Shown piece after piece: positions 26,677 to 35,703 of a stretch of DNA of 64,000 nucleotides. The stretch spans positions 25-64,024 of the forward strand of contig CAIOTC010000022.1 of the NCBI GenBank assembly GCA_903861205.1, in the 5' to 3' direction. The notes below the pieces were generated by a model. The model was not told the origin of the DNA and did no database searches. It saw only the letters and a list, made by a program, of their open reading frames with translations. Each line of letters opens with the position of its first letter. Positions within the stretch are counted from its first letter, which is position 1. Source of the DNA: an uncultured bacterium. GTDB taxonomy: Bacteria; Patescibacteriota; Minisyncoccia; Phycocordibacterales; DATDWN01. The translations under genes were made by a program, and so were the position numbers.

Positions 26677-27111
26677 TTAGTTTGAATTTCCTGTCGTGGC
26701 CCGAATGACTTGCATAATTCCGTCTTTTTCAGCACCCTCAACTTTCGTCAGAGCGCTACTTGGAAGCAAAACATCTGGACACTTCCCTGTTTGATTGTTG
26801 AATTTACACACACTTTTTTCGTCAAACAAAAGTTCCACAGTCAAAGCCGGAGTCCCCGGTTTTTCATACACCAAATACCACACACCAACTTTCAGACCGG
26901 GGTTATCTTTCACTAAATGTCCCATTTCAACAAAATTTATATTTTTGTCCGTCTCTTGTCCGCATCCCGAAACAGGTTTCTCTGCGCTTGGGTTACCGTG
27001 CTTGACCCACTCCCCTTTAACGCAAATCCAAGTATCTTCAGGGCTCAATAACCTTGCACCAATAATAAAAACAACGACTAGGATTAAAATATATAAAATT
27101 GTCTTTTTCAT
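26677..27111 (-). CDS. Hypothetical exported protein with an N-terminal TM/signal anchor
   Basis: 144 aa. N-terminus MKKTILYILILVVVFIIGA. Confidence 0.45.
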   Translation of the reverse strand: MKKTILYILILVVVFIIGARLLSPEDTWICVKGEWVKHGNPSAEKPVSGCGQETDKNINFVEMGHLVKDNPGLKVGVWYLVYEKPGTPALTVELLFDEKSVCKFNNQTGKCPDVLLPSSALTKVEGAEKDGIMQVIRATTGNSN

Positions 27112-27115
27112 ACTG

Positions 27116-27187
27116 TCGGGGCACTGGGATTTGAACCCAGAGTCTTACGAACCCGAATCGTAAATGTTACCGTTACACCATGCCCCG
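27116..27187 (-). tRNA. tRNA-Pro (anticodon CGG)
   Basis: Reverse complement CGGGGCA..ACGGTAAC..TACGA-TTCGGGT-TCGTA..CTGGGTTCAAATCCCAG..TGCCCCG-A forms a cloverleaf. Confidence 0.8.
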
Positions 27188-27214
27188 AAAACTATTTAAT
27201 TTTTGAAAACTCTG

Positions 27215-27286
27215 TCGGGGTGCCGAGATTCGAACTCGAAACGCTTGCTCCCAAAGCAAGAATGATAGCCGTTTCACTACACCCCG
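27215..27286 (-). tRNA. tRNA-Pro (anticodon UGG)
   Basis: Reverse complement CGGGGTG..CTTGC-TTTGGGA-GCAAG..CGAGTTCGAATCTCG..CACCCCG-A forms a cloverleaf. Confidence 0.8.
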
Positions 27287-27353
27287 AAAAATCAAATTAA
27301 CATTATGCAGTCTAACATAAAAACAAAAATTCACAAACAAAAAGGAAGAGTTT

Positions 27354-27830
27354 TTAGGCTACTTCCTTTAAAGGTTCATACTCAAAACAAACTTGTTTCT
27401 TCATGCCCGTATCATAGTGCGACTTGGCGCGGATCTTTTGACCGGAAAAAACGAGTGGTATCCATGTTTTGTCCGCGTGCCACATTCTGTCAAATGGCAT
27501 GTTGCTCATACTATGCAATTCCGGAAAACCCATCTCCTCGGTTTCGCGCAAATCCCCCGCCCACCTGCGACAAAAATAAATATGACACTCGTAAAGATGG
27601 ACTTCCCCTTCAAAAAAGTCTATGACGGCCACTTTTTCCAAATCCCGCTTTGAGGCAACCGCACCCGCTTCCTCCTCCAACTCGCGAATGGCCGTATCAT
27701 CAATTGTTGTGTCAATTGGTTTTTGTTTGCCTCCATATCCATTCAAAAAACCAACACCAAACCCGTCTTTTTTGTTGGCAAGAAAAACATTTTGACCCTG
27801 AATTGGAAAAACAATAGTGGTTATTCTCAT
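27354..27830 (-). CDS. NUDIX hydrolase
   Basis: Nudix box GGKQKPIDTTIDDTAIRELEEEAG. Confidence 0.75.
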   Translation of the reverse strand: MRITTIVFPIQGQNVFLANKKDGFGVGFLNGYGGKQKPIDTTIDDTAIRELEEEAGAVASKRDLEKVAVIDFFEGEVHLYECHIYFCRRWAGDLRETEEMGFPELHSMSNMPFDRMWHADKTWIPLVFSGQKIRAKSHYDTGMKKQVCFEYEPLKEVA

Positions 27831-27875
27831 ATTTGCTCCATTTTCATAATATTCCCCTTTTAAATTTTAAGCAAA

Positions 27876-28262
27876 CTATAGGACAAGATCATCGATCACT
27901 TCAATTTTTACGAGTCTTTTATCATTATCCAAATAGACAGTAACGACATCAAACTGCCACTCTGTTTCGTCTGAAACATCCTTGTCCATTAAATATGTTT
28001 CAAACACCCTGCCCAGCCTTTGCAGTTTCCACGCATGAACATTGTCTTCCGGCCGATAATCGCTCGATGTTCCACGTGTAACACTCTTTACCTCCACAAA
28101 ATGGATTTTACTCCCCTTCTTGGCTACAATATCAATCTCGCCCCACTTTCGCAGATAGTTACGATCTATTATCTTATAGCCGTTTTTTTTCAGATAATCA
28201 CAAGCAAAATCCTCGCCAATTCTACCTATTATTTGCTTATCTGTTGGTTTACCGTGGAACAT
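27876..28262 (-). CDS. yraN: YraN family (UPF0102) endonuclease
   Basis: GRIGEDFACDYLKKNGYKIIDRNYLRKWGEIDIVAKKGSKIHFVEVK. Confidence 0.75.
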   Translation of the reverse strand: MFHGKPTDKQIIGRIGEDFACDYLKKNGYKIIDRNYLRKWGEIDIVAKKGSKIHFVEVKSVTRGTSSDYRPEDNVHAWKLQRLGRVFETYLMDKDVSDETEWQFDVVTVYLDNDKRLVKIEVIDDLVL

Positions 28263-28518
28263 GGAAATATTGTATCATGTGTAACAAAATAAATGTTTTC
28301 ACGTGAAACATTGGTAAAAAATCTATAAAACAGACGTCTGATAGGTTAGTTGTTCTTGAGAAACCCGTATTTTAAGCCATTTTTTGATTCATAGGGACAA
28401 AATTCATCAAATCTTCATAATAGTCAAAGACCTGTCCTTAATCCCCATGTCCACACAGTTATCCACAGTTTTTGACAATGGCAGAGATATAATTTTTGAA
28501 GTGCTGTATAATATATTA

Positions 28519-29190
28519 ATGATATCACAGGAGTTAAAAGATAAAGCATTGCAACTTAGAAAAAACGGCAAAAGCTACGGGTTTATCTCCGCAGAAACAG
28601 GCATATCTTCAGGTATGTTATCTTATTGGTTTTCAAAGAAAGAGTGGTCAAAGAAAATTGCTATAGAAAATAATGATAAGAATATAAAAAACTCAACAAA
28701 AAGAATTATTGCTATGGATAGGCAAAGATTATTCAATTTATCAGAGAAATACAGACTTGCTAGGGAAGAGGCTACTGAGCAATTCCAAAATTGGAAGTAT
28801 GAGCCATTATTTGTTGGTTCACTCATGCTATATCAGGGCGAAGGTGATAAATCAGCGACTGGTGGCAGTATCAGAATTGGAAACATTGATTATTCAGTTT
28901 TAAAGATATTTATCAGATTCATATTAAAATATTCTGATATTTCGCCTAATAATATACATTTCTGGCTATTAGCATACCCAGATCTTGATGTTAAAAATTG
29001 TGAAAAGTGGTGGTTAGAAAAGTTAGAATTATCAATGAATAATTTATATAGAACTCAGATAATTCAGGGTAGACACAAAACAAAAAGGTTGCGTTTTGGA
29101 GTAGGAAATATTATAATTCCAAACAAGAGATTGAAAGTGAAAATATTGAAATGGATTGAACTCGCTTCAGAGGAATTAATGCGGGCGTAG
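28519..29190 (+). CDS. Hypothetical protein with an N-terminal helix-turn-helix region; distant LAGLIDADG-like endonuclease resemblance is possible. The start is uncertain (track ORF begins 28384).
   Basis: The region is AT-rich relative to its surroundings. LRKNGKSYGFISAETGISSGMLSYWF is HTH-like. ...LMLYQGEGDKSATGGSIRIGNIDYSVLKIF... is the weak LAGLIDADG-like stretch. The stop codon TAG is embedded in the 5' end of tRNA-Gly. tgtataat lies immediately before the ATG at 28519. Confidence 0.4.
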   Translation: MISQELKDKALQLRKNGKSYGFISAETGISSGMLSYWFSKKEWSKKIAIENNDKNIKNSTKRIIAMDRQRLFNLSEKYRLAREEATEQFQNWKYEPLFVGSLMLYQGEGDKSATGGSIRIGNIDYSVLKIFIRFILKYSDISPNNIHFWLLAYPDLDVKNCEKWWLEKLELSMNNLYRTQIIQGRHKTKRLRFGVGNIIIPNKRLKVKILKWIELASEELMRA

Positions 29191-29254
29191 TTTAGCGGTA
29201 GAACATTTGGTTGCCAATCAAATAGTGTGAGTCCGACTCTCACCTCCCGCACCA
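29181..29254 (+). tRNA. tRNA-Gly (anticodon GCC), with CCA encoded
   Basis: GCGGGCG..AGCGGTAGAAC..TTTGG-TTGCCAA-TCAAA..GTGAG-TCCGACT-CTCAC..CTCCCGC-ACCA. There is one acceptor-stem mismatch. Confidence 0.7.
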
Positions 29255-29292
29255 TAGAAAAAAGACCTAATTTTAGGTCTTTTTTCTATGGT
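29250..29292 (+). terminator. Perfect 20 bp hairpin that incorporates the tRNA-Gly 3' end (caccatagaaaaaagaccta / taggtcttttttctatggtg)
   Basis: Stem-loop followed by a T-run; it overlaps the tRNA CCA end. Confidence 0.6.
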
Positions 29293-29428
29293 GCCCCGTA
29301 TCGAGACGTACCTCGAACCTGGAATGCACTGCTGCCGAAACTCGTTGAGTGGATTACAACGAGTGATGACGATTCACATGAGGTAGTAAAGACATTGCTG
29401 GAACAACACAAAGGGGCCAGCCCGACTC

Positions 29429-29662
29429 CTACGCTAAATTAAGCTCGCGTCGCACCTCGTCCATCTGATGCTCCAGCTCCGTTATCTTGTTACCAACATC
29501 TAGTCGTGAAGTGACATCATCAAAACCGCGCTTGGTCATCCGGGCCAACTGTTCCTGAGACTCGTCGATACGAGTGACCAGCTTAACTTCAAGATCTTGC
29601 AGATCTGCTTTTGTCGCTAAGCCCTGAATTGTTTTATCAAAATGTTCTTTAGTGAGCTCCAT
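29429..29662 (-). CDS. Small coiled-coil hypothetical protein, inside a GC-rich insert
   Basis: 77 aa. The local GC content is clearly higher than in neighbouring genes. Confidence 0.3.
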   Translation of the reverse strand: MELTKEHFDKTIQGLATKADLQDLEVKLVTRIDESQEQLARMTKRGFDDVTSRLDVGNKITELEHQMDEVRRELNLA

Positions 29663-29773
29663 GGTAATGAGAGGTTAATAATTGATGTCAATTTTATACC
29701 CCGATATCTTTTTGGTCAAGCCGTGGCAATGTACAGTTTCCAAAAGGTCGGCAGCCATAATTACACATGACCT

Positions 29774-30043
29774 ATGGAAAGACATACACACCCATTGGCA
29801 GAATTGTACCCGACGTTCTCGCGCGAGCAGTTGGACGAAGCTGAGGAGAATCTTAAGCAATACGCTGCCCTGGCGGCTCGAATGTTTGAGAGGATATGGG
29901 GCGACCCTGAGGCCCACGCCAGGCTTACTCGTATCATTGATCGGGAGAGGGCAATTGGCACGGCACAGAACATTGACGCCGGCGACAAGAAGTTCGATTC
30001 CTCTCCAGAAATATCACTGAGTAAAAATGCAAAGATACTGTAG
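29774..30043 (+). CDS. Hypothetical protein inside the same GC-rich insert
   Basis: 89 aa. Followed by a strong terminator. Confidence 0.3.
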   Translation: MERHTHPLAELYPTFSREQLDEAEENLKQYAALAARMFERIWGDPEAHARLTRIIDRERAIGTAQNIDAGDKKFDSSPEISLSKNAKIL

Positions 30044-30062
30044 CCTGCGGGGGCAGATCAGC

Positions 30063-30091
30063 AAAAAACACTGATGACATCAGTGTTTTTT
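30063..30091 (+). terminator. Rho-independent terminator
   Basis: aaaaaacactgatgacatcagtgtttttt. Confidence 0.7.
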
Positions 30092-30140
30092 GACAATTCA
30101 CAATTTGTCGATGGCGACAACTTTCACCGCCTTGACAATG

Positions 30141-30212
30141 TGCTCCCGGCAGGACTCGAACCTACAATGACTGATTCGAAGTCAGTTATGATATCCATTT
30201 CACCACGGGAGC
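30141..30212 (-). tRNA. tRNA-Arg (anticodon UCG)
   Basis: Reverse complement GCTCCCG..ACTGA-CTTCGAA-TCAGT..TAGGTTCGAGTCCTG..CGGGAGC-A. Confidence 0.8.
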
Positions 30213-30260
30213 AATGAGATAAATATACAACAAAAGAGCAATTAATGCTATTATTGAGAC

Positions 30261-31733
30261 ATGAAAATCGAATTTCCGGTACCACAGGAAGTTACACGTG
30301 TAACAGAAACACTCAAAAAGGCAGGTTTTGAGGCTTTTTTGGTGGGTGGATGCGTGCGAGATCTGTTTTTGAATAGAAAACCGAAGGACTGGGATGTGAC
30401 CACGAACGCCACACCGGAGCAGATAATTCCTTTATTTCCACACACATTTTACGAAAACACGTTCGGAACTGTCGGGATTGTAAATGATGAGACCGAGGAT
30501 TCGAGCTTAAAAACCGTGGAAGCCACTCCATATCGTATAGAATCCGACTATTCTGATAATCGTCATCCGGATAAAGTGACATTCAGCCAGAAAATCGAGG
30601 ACGATTTGAAAAGACGAGATTTTACCATGAACGCTTTAGCCTACGATACAACGACAGGGAAGATAATAGACCTGTTTGATGGGATAAAAGACATAAAGGA
30701 CAAAACCATTAGAACAGTAGGGAAGCCGGAGGATAGATTCAAGGAAGACGGCTTGCGAATACTTCGAGCTGTACGCTTTTTCGCTGAACTCGGCTTTGTT
30801 GTTTCACCTGAAACAGAGAAAGCTATTCTTGAAAACGCAGATTTGTTGAAAAACATTTCAAAAGAGAGGATTCGCGATGAGTTTACCAAGATAATCATGT
30901 CAGAAAAGCCAATGGATGGACTTTTGTTGCTGCGAAAACTCGGTTTGATGAAGTATGTCATTCCACAAATGGAAGAAGCGTATGATATAGAACAAAATCA
31001 TGCACATAAATACGATGTCTGGGAGCATTTAATCCGAAGTGTTCAAACTGCAGCCGATAAGAACTTTCCCCTGGAAATCCGTTTAACGGCTATGGTACAC
31101 GATATTTCCAAGCCGGCCGCTCGCCGATGGGACGCCGAACACGAACAATGGACTTTTTACGGCCATGAAGTTTTGGGTTCACGTGAAACGAAGAAAATTC
31201 TTTCCGACTTACGTTTCCCGGCAAAGGTTGTTGAAAAAGTAACGACACTTGCCCGTTGGCATATGTTTTTTTCCGATACCGAGCAAATTACGCTCTCTGC
31301 GGTCCGTAGAATGATTGCCAATGTTGGACGAGAAAACATCTGGGATTTGATGAATGTGCGCATATGCGACCGTATAGGGACCGGCAGGCCCAAGGAAGAT
31401 CCATATCGTCTACGAAAATATCACGCCATGATCGAAGAAGCACTTCGCGATCCGGTTTCCGTAGCAATGCTTAAGATTGACGGCAAAAAAATAATGGATG
31501 TTACACGGGAAACACCTGGACCGAAAATCGGTTGGACTTTGCACGCTCTGCTCGAGGAAGTTTTGGATGATCCAAAGAAAAATACCGAGGAATATCTGGA
31601 AAATCGCGCAAAAGAGCTATTTTCATTGCCTGAAAATGAATTGGAAGCTCTGGGCGAGAAAGGAAAACAAACAAAAGAGGAAGCAGATGAGGAGGAAATA
31701 AAGAAAATACGTGGAAAACATTGGGTTAAATAG
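30261..31733 (+). CDS. cca: CCA-adding tRNA nucleotidyltransferase with a C-terminal HD domain
   Basis: LVGGCVRD...DWD polymerase-beta head domain, and the HD motif in ...MVHDISKP. Confidence 0.85.
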   Translation: MKIEFPVPQEVTRVTETLKKAGFEAFLVGGCVRDLFLNRKPKDWDVTTNATPEQIIPLFPHTFYENTFGTVGIVNDETEDSSLKTVEATPYRIESDYSDNRHPDKVTFSQKIEDDLKRRDFTMNALAYDTTTGKIIDLFDGIKDIKDKTIRTVGKPEDRFKEDGLRILRAVRFFAELGFVVSPETEKAILENADLLKNISKERIRDEFTKIIMSEKPMDGLLLLRKLGLMKYVIPQMEEAYDIEQNHAHKYDVWEHLIRSVQTAADKNFPLEIRLTAMVHDISKPAARRWDAEHEQWTFYGHEVLGSRETKKILSDLRFPAKVVEKVTTLARWHMFFSDTEQITLSAVRRMIANVGRENIWDLMNVRICDRIGTGRPKEDPYRLRKYHAMIEEALRDPVSVAMLKIDGKKIMDVTRETPGPKIGWTLHALLEEVLDDPKKNTEEYLENRAKELFSLPENELEALGEKGKQTKEEADEEEIKKIRGKHWVK

Positions 31734-32157
31734 AGGTTAGGGATTAGAGAGAAGAGGTTAGGGTTAACAAAAAACCGCCCATACACGAGCGAGATGTGCT
31801 AGTGAATAGAGCGGTTGGGTAAAGGAACCACTCAGTCAGACCATAAAGTCAGATACTATATCTCGAAAAAATAAAAAATAGTAGATAGTTTGAAGATATT
31901 TAGATCGTTGACTAAAAGTATAACCAAGTTGCCCTTAAATAGAGGACTGGCCAAGTCCCAAAAAAGAACGACACTATGTGTAAAGAACAATGCAGATTTT
32001 TTGCCCGGGTTTTATCGGACATATTAACTGCGGTCTGAAATTATTATACTACCAGTAAAAGACATGTAAAGGACATAACAATAAAACTGTGGATAAGTCA
32101 TGTCTTTTAGATTAGATACACTGTATAATTATTTCATTAACAATTAATTTTTATTTT

Positions 32158-32388
32158 ATGAAAACACTTCACGTCGTCGCCTTCATACTTCTTGTTGTGG
32201 GAGGTTTGAATTGGGGATTGGAGGTTTTTGGTTGGGGAATCGGCAGTTGGGGATTCTTGCCGACAGTGGTCGTGCAAGCAATATATTTGTTGGTGGCCGT
32301 TTCCGCATTAGTGGAAATTTTCACCCACAAAAGCAACTGTGCACATTGCGCTTCAAAGGAAGCAGCACCTATGAGTACTACGATATAA
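32158..32388 (+). CDS. DUF378-like small membrane protein
   Basis: VGGLNWGL...VYLLVAVSAL. Confidence 0.6.
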   Translation: MKTLHVVAFILLVVGGLNWGLEVFGWGIGSWGFLPTVVVQAIYLLVAVSALVEIFTHKSNCAHCASKEAAPMSTTI

Positions 32389-32420
32389 ACAGAGGTTAGA
32401 GATAAGAGATTTGAGATAAC

Positions 32421-32448
32421 AAAAAACTCGGCAAGGCCGAGTTTTTTG
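32421..32448. terminator. Bidirectional rho-independent terminator between DUF378 and xth
   Basis: aaaaaactcggcaaggccgagtttttt. Confidence 0.75.
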
Positions 32449-33243
32449 TTACTTGATTTCCAGTTCGATAGGGCAGTGGTCGGAGCCGAGAACATCGGAA
32501 AGAATTTTTGAACTTTTGACCTTTGGCAAAAATTCTTTGTTGACGAAAAAATAATCAATGCGCCAGCCGATATTTCTTTCTCGAGCATTTCGCCAGGGCG
32601 TCCACCATGTATAGTGACCATTGCCTTTTGTAAAATGGCGAAAGGTATCAACAAATCCACCTTTGACCAACATGTCGATTCCTTCACGCTCTTGTTTTGT
32701 AAAACCATGATTACCCTCATTTTCCTTTGGATTGGCCAAGTCATCCTCGGTATGCGCCACATTCAGATCACCACAGAAAATGACCGGTTTTGTCTTTTTT
32801 AGATCTTTTATATATTCCAAAAATGCAGGATCCCAGCCTTTGTGTCGCAGATCCAAACGACTCAAATCTTGCTTGGCGTTCGGAGTGTAAACATTAACCA
32901 CATAAAAATTAGCAAATTCAGCTGTCATAACTCGGCCTTCTTTGTTTGGATCACCGTAACCGTCTTCGGAAAGTTTGTACTTGGCGCAAATTTCCTCTGA
33001 GAAACCGAAAGAAACGCTTACAGGTTTTTCACGGCAAAAAATAGCTGTTCCACTGTAACCGGCTTTCACAGCTGAATTCCAATATTCTTCGTACTCGGGC
33101 AAATCCACTTCGCTTTGGTGTTGCTGGGCTTTCGTTTCCTGCAAACAAATGATATCCGGTTTGTATTTCTCAACAAAAGGCACAAAAAGTCCTTTTTTAT
33201 GCACCGCCCGCAAACCGTTGACGTTCCAAGAGATTATTTTCAT
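32449..33243 (-). CDS. xth: Exodeoxyribonuclease III
   Basis: MKIISWNVNGLRA...C-terminal GSDHCPIELEI. Confidence 0.9.
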   Translation of the reverse strand: MKIISWNVNGLRAVHKKGLFVPFVEKYKPDIICLQETKAQQHQSEVDLPEYEEYWNSAVKAGYSGTAIFCREKPVSVSFGFSEEICAKYKLSEDGYGDPNKEGRVMTAEFANFYVVNVYTPNAKQDLSRLDLRHKGWDPAFLEYIKDLKKTKPVIFCGDLNVAHTEDDLANPKENEGNHGFTKQEREGIDMLVKGGFVDTFRHFTKGNGHYTWWTPWRNARERNIGWRIDYFFVNKEFLPKVKSSKILSDVLGSDHCPIELEIK

Positions 33244-33283
33244 CCCTCCATTTTAGCAAATTACAAACAAATCTGCATTTTGA

Positions 33284-33322
33284 CCCTGTGATATTGCCCA
33301 GAGGGCACCTATATCACAGGGT
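33284..33322 (-). promoter_or_regulatory. Family D copy 2, in the 5' region of xth (same orientation relative to its downstream gene)
   Basis: The reverse complement reads ccctgtgatataggtgccctctgggcaatatcacaggg. Confidence 0.55.
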
Positions 33323-33550
33323 GGACTTTTAACATAATTCAGCGTAGTGTAATTATCGGAGGCGACACAATGGTACCAACACTCAATCTTCTGCATGCAA
33401 ATAACGTGAAATTTATTGGAGAAATTCACTTGGAAATTGACAGATTTCTCAAAAAATTAGTCGTTTTATGCTTCGTTGTGGCAGTTCTTTGTTTTTCCAT
33501 GACAACATACATATTCTTGAAGTAGGGAACCGTCCGTCGGTTCTCTTTTT

Positions 33551-34108
33551 TTATTTCGTATTAAAACCAATTTTTGATTTTGGTTTTACTTTTTCAACAA
33601 TTAGTTGGCGAATTGCATCAAAAATAGAAGCAAACTGACCATCATATTTTTGCTCCAAATCATCAAGTCTTTTAGCAATATCTTTATGCGATAACATCAA
33701 TTCGCGAATTCGCACAAATACTCTCATAATTGCAATGTTCATTTCAATAGCTCTGTTACTATTTAAAACACTGGATAACATAGCAACACCTTGTTCAGTG
33801 AATACATAAGGTAAATTACCAATGTTGCGTTTTGATGCGGTCACACTTTGTGACCGCATATTGACATTTGGTATCACAAATTGTGATACCAAATGAAGCG
33901 AATTTGTCTCTTTGATATTAAGTTGAAACATAAAATCTTTCGGAAACCTTTTTATGTTCCTTTTTACCGCTTGATTGAGAACTTTTGTCGGCACACCATA
34001 CAATTCTGCTAAATCACTATCCATCATCACTTTTTGACCACGAATAAAATATATTTTTCTCTCTATAAACTCTGCCGGAACCAAAACTTTTAAACTTATT
34101 TTACTCAT
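33551..34108 (-). CDS. ORF6N/ORF6C domain protein (second paralog)
   Basis: IRGQKVMMDSDLAELYGVPTKVLNQAVKRNIKRFPKDFMFQL and LPYVFTEQGVAMLSSVL. Confidence 0.7.
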   Translation of the reverse strand: MSKISLKVLVPAEFIERKIYFIRGQKVMMDSDLAELYGVPTKVLNQAVKRNIKRFPKDFMFQLNIKETNSLHLVSQFVIPNVNMRSQSVTASKRNIGNLPYVFTEQGVAMLSSVLNSNRAIEMNIAIMRVFVRIRELMLSHKDIAKRLDDLEQKYDGQFASIFDAIRQLIVEKVKPKSKIGFNTK

Positions 34109-34114
34109 GAAAAA

Positions 34115-34654
34115 TTAAAAAGAATATTTATTTGTAACATATTTTTCTAACTCCTTTGTCAATTCGTAAACCAAATCTTTTTCGGGTGATTCAGGACAAC
34201 TTTCCAAAAACTTGCGAATCAAAACTATATATTGGTCGTGATAAGGTTTCTCCGGTTCTGACTGACGGATTTTGGTTATCCCTCTCAGATTAGCGGTGAA
34301 ATCAGCCAATTTTATTATTTTTGCTTTTGGTGATGTGTGATTCAGGTGTTCATAATATTCAACTTGCTGAATTTTGTTATAATTTTTTGGATGAGAAACT
34401 TCTTGGACCAAATCGGCCACCTCTTTTGAAAAAGTCTGTTCCAACTCCTCGTATGTTGTTTCAGTGTCTTCCAAAGTGTCGTGGAGAATAGCTGAAACCA
34501 AAATGTCCGGATCTTCAACATAAAATTCGTTTTGCAAAACTGCCAAAACATCAGGCCAATGATTGTCCGCGCCGGCTTCTTTGAATTTCCGTATGGCAAA
34601 TTCTTTTGCATGTTCAATTTTTTCAGCAGATTCCATATTTTTTATTTCTTCCAT
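34115..34654 (-). CDS. Small HD-domain hydrolase of the RelA/SpoT type, a small alarmone hydrolase (SAH) that is Mesh1-like
   Basis: VSAILHDTLEDTETTYEELEQTFSKEVADLVQEVSH closely matches the RelA/SpoT HD consensus AALLHDVVEDT...EVA.LV.GVTK. There is no synthetase domain. Confidence 0.7.
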   Translation of the reverse strand: MEEIKNMESAEKIEHAKEFAIRKFKEAGADNHWPDVLAVLQNEFYVEDPDILVSAILHDTLEDTETTYEELEQTFSKEVADLVQEVSHPKNYNKIQQVEYYEHLNHTSPKAKIIKLADFTANLRGITKIRQSEPEKPYHDQYIVLIRKFLESCPESPEKDLVYELTKELEKYVTNKYSF

Positions 34655-34659
34655 AAATT

Positions 34660-35157
34660 TTATTTGTTATTATATTTCTCTTTCATTTCCATCGCACGTT
34701 CCATAATTCTGTCAGCAGCGTCGCTCCACTTTATATATTGTTTGAAATCCTGAGGATTAATTAATTTGATTTCTGTAATATCTCCGTCCGGATCAGAAAC
34801 AAAATCGCCATATGGTTCAACTATGCAAAAAGAATTTGCATGAAATATTGTTTTACCACTTTCAAACGTTAGAATCTGATATCCGATGTATTCTTGATGC
34901 AAAACTTTCATATTCGATTCTTCTTTTACCTCCCGTGTGGTAGCTTCTTCGAGTGTCTCGCCTTTTTCAATAGCGCCACCCGGAAATCCCCACGTATCGT
35001 TTTTATCACGAACAATAACCAACTTGTCCCCATAAAAACAATGGCCACTGACACCATTTAAAACAATCCCTTTAAGTTCAATCTCAGGATTACCTTCTTT
35101 ATACATAATATCAACTTTTTTTCCTTCCTTTGTGACAGTTTGAGATTTTATTTCCAT
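34660..35157 (-). CDS. NUDIX hydrolase
   Basis: Nudix box GFPGGAIEKGETLEEATTREVKEESN. The gap to the SAH gene is 5 nt. Confidence 0.75.
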   Translation of the reverse strand: MEIKSQTVTKEGKKVDIMYKEGNPEIELKGIVLNGVSGHCFYGDKLVIVRDKNDTWGFPGGAIEKGETLEEATTREVKEESNMKVLHQEYIGYQILTFESGKTIFHANSFCIVEPYGDFVSDPDGDITEIKLINPQDFKQYIKWSDAADRIMERAMEMKEKYNNK

Positions 35158-35703
35158 GGTTTTAGTATAACAAATTTATGTAAACAAAAAGGGCTACCTC
35201 CGATATCATCGAAAGTAGCCCGTAACATAAAGCGCGGACAGAACGCCGGCGCTATACGCTATGATCTCGCGTCGATATCGACGCCAGGCCCAGCGACAGA
35301 AACGAACGAACTGTCGCCAGAGGGAAGTCGCGGTCCTTCTCAACACGCGTCCCGTCCAGCCCATGTATGCATGGTGCTGGCGAACGATCATCGAGAAGCC
35401 GAACCCCATGACCCAAATTACAAGGGCCATGAAAAAGAGCGTATTGAAAGCCTGCATTTCCGTTCTCCTTTTTTTTTCCCACTTGCCTCGGCGAATGGAA
35501 ATTTTGCCATTTTGCCGGGAAGTCCGTTTGGTGTCCTTGTGGACACCACCAGTTTGAACGGGAAGGGGAAGGCGGATGCCTTTCCGTACCTCCCTCATGG
35601 AAATTACGGTCTTTGCTTTTTTCATAAAGAACTCCTGCCAAAGAAAATTTTTTAAACTTGCTTTGGTAGAAGCCCGATCCGGTGTTTTGGATCGGGCAAA
35701 GGA

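Noticed and set aside
29227-29442. 71 aa plus-strand ORF beginning inside tRNA-Gly
   Set aside because: It starts within the tRNA and runs through its terminator hairpin. Spurious.
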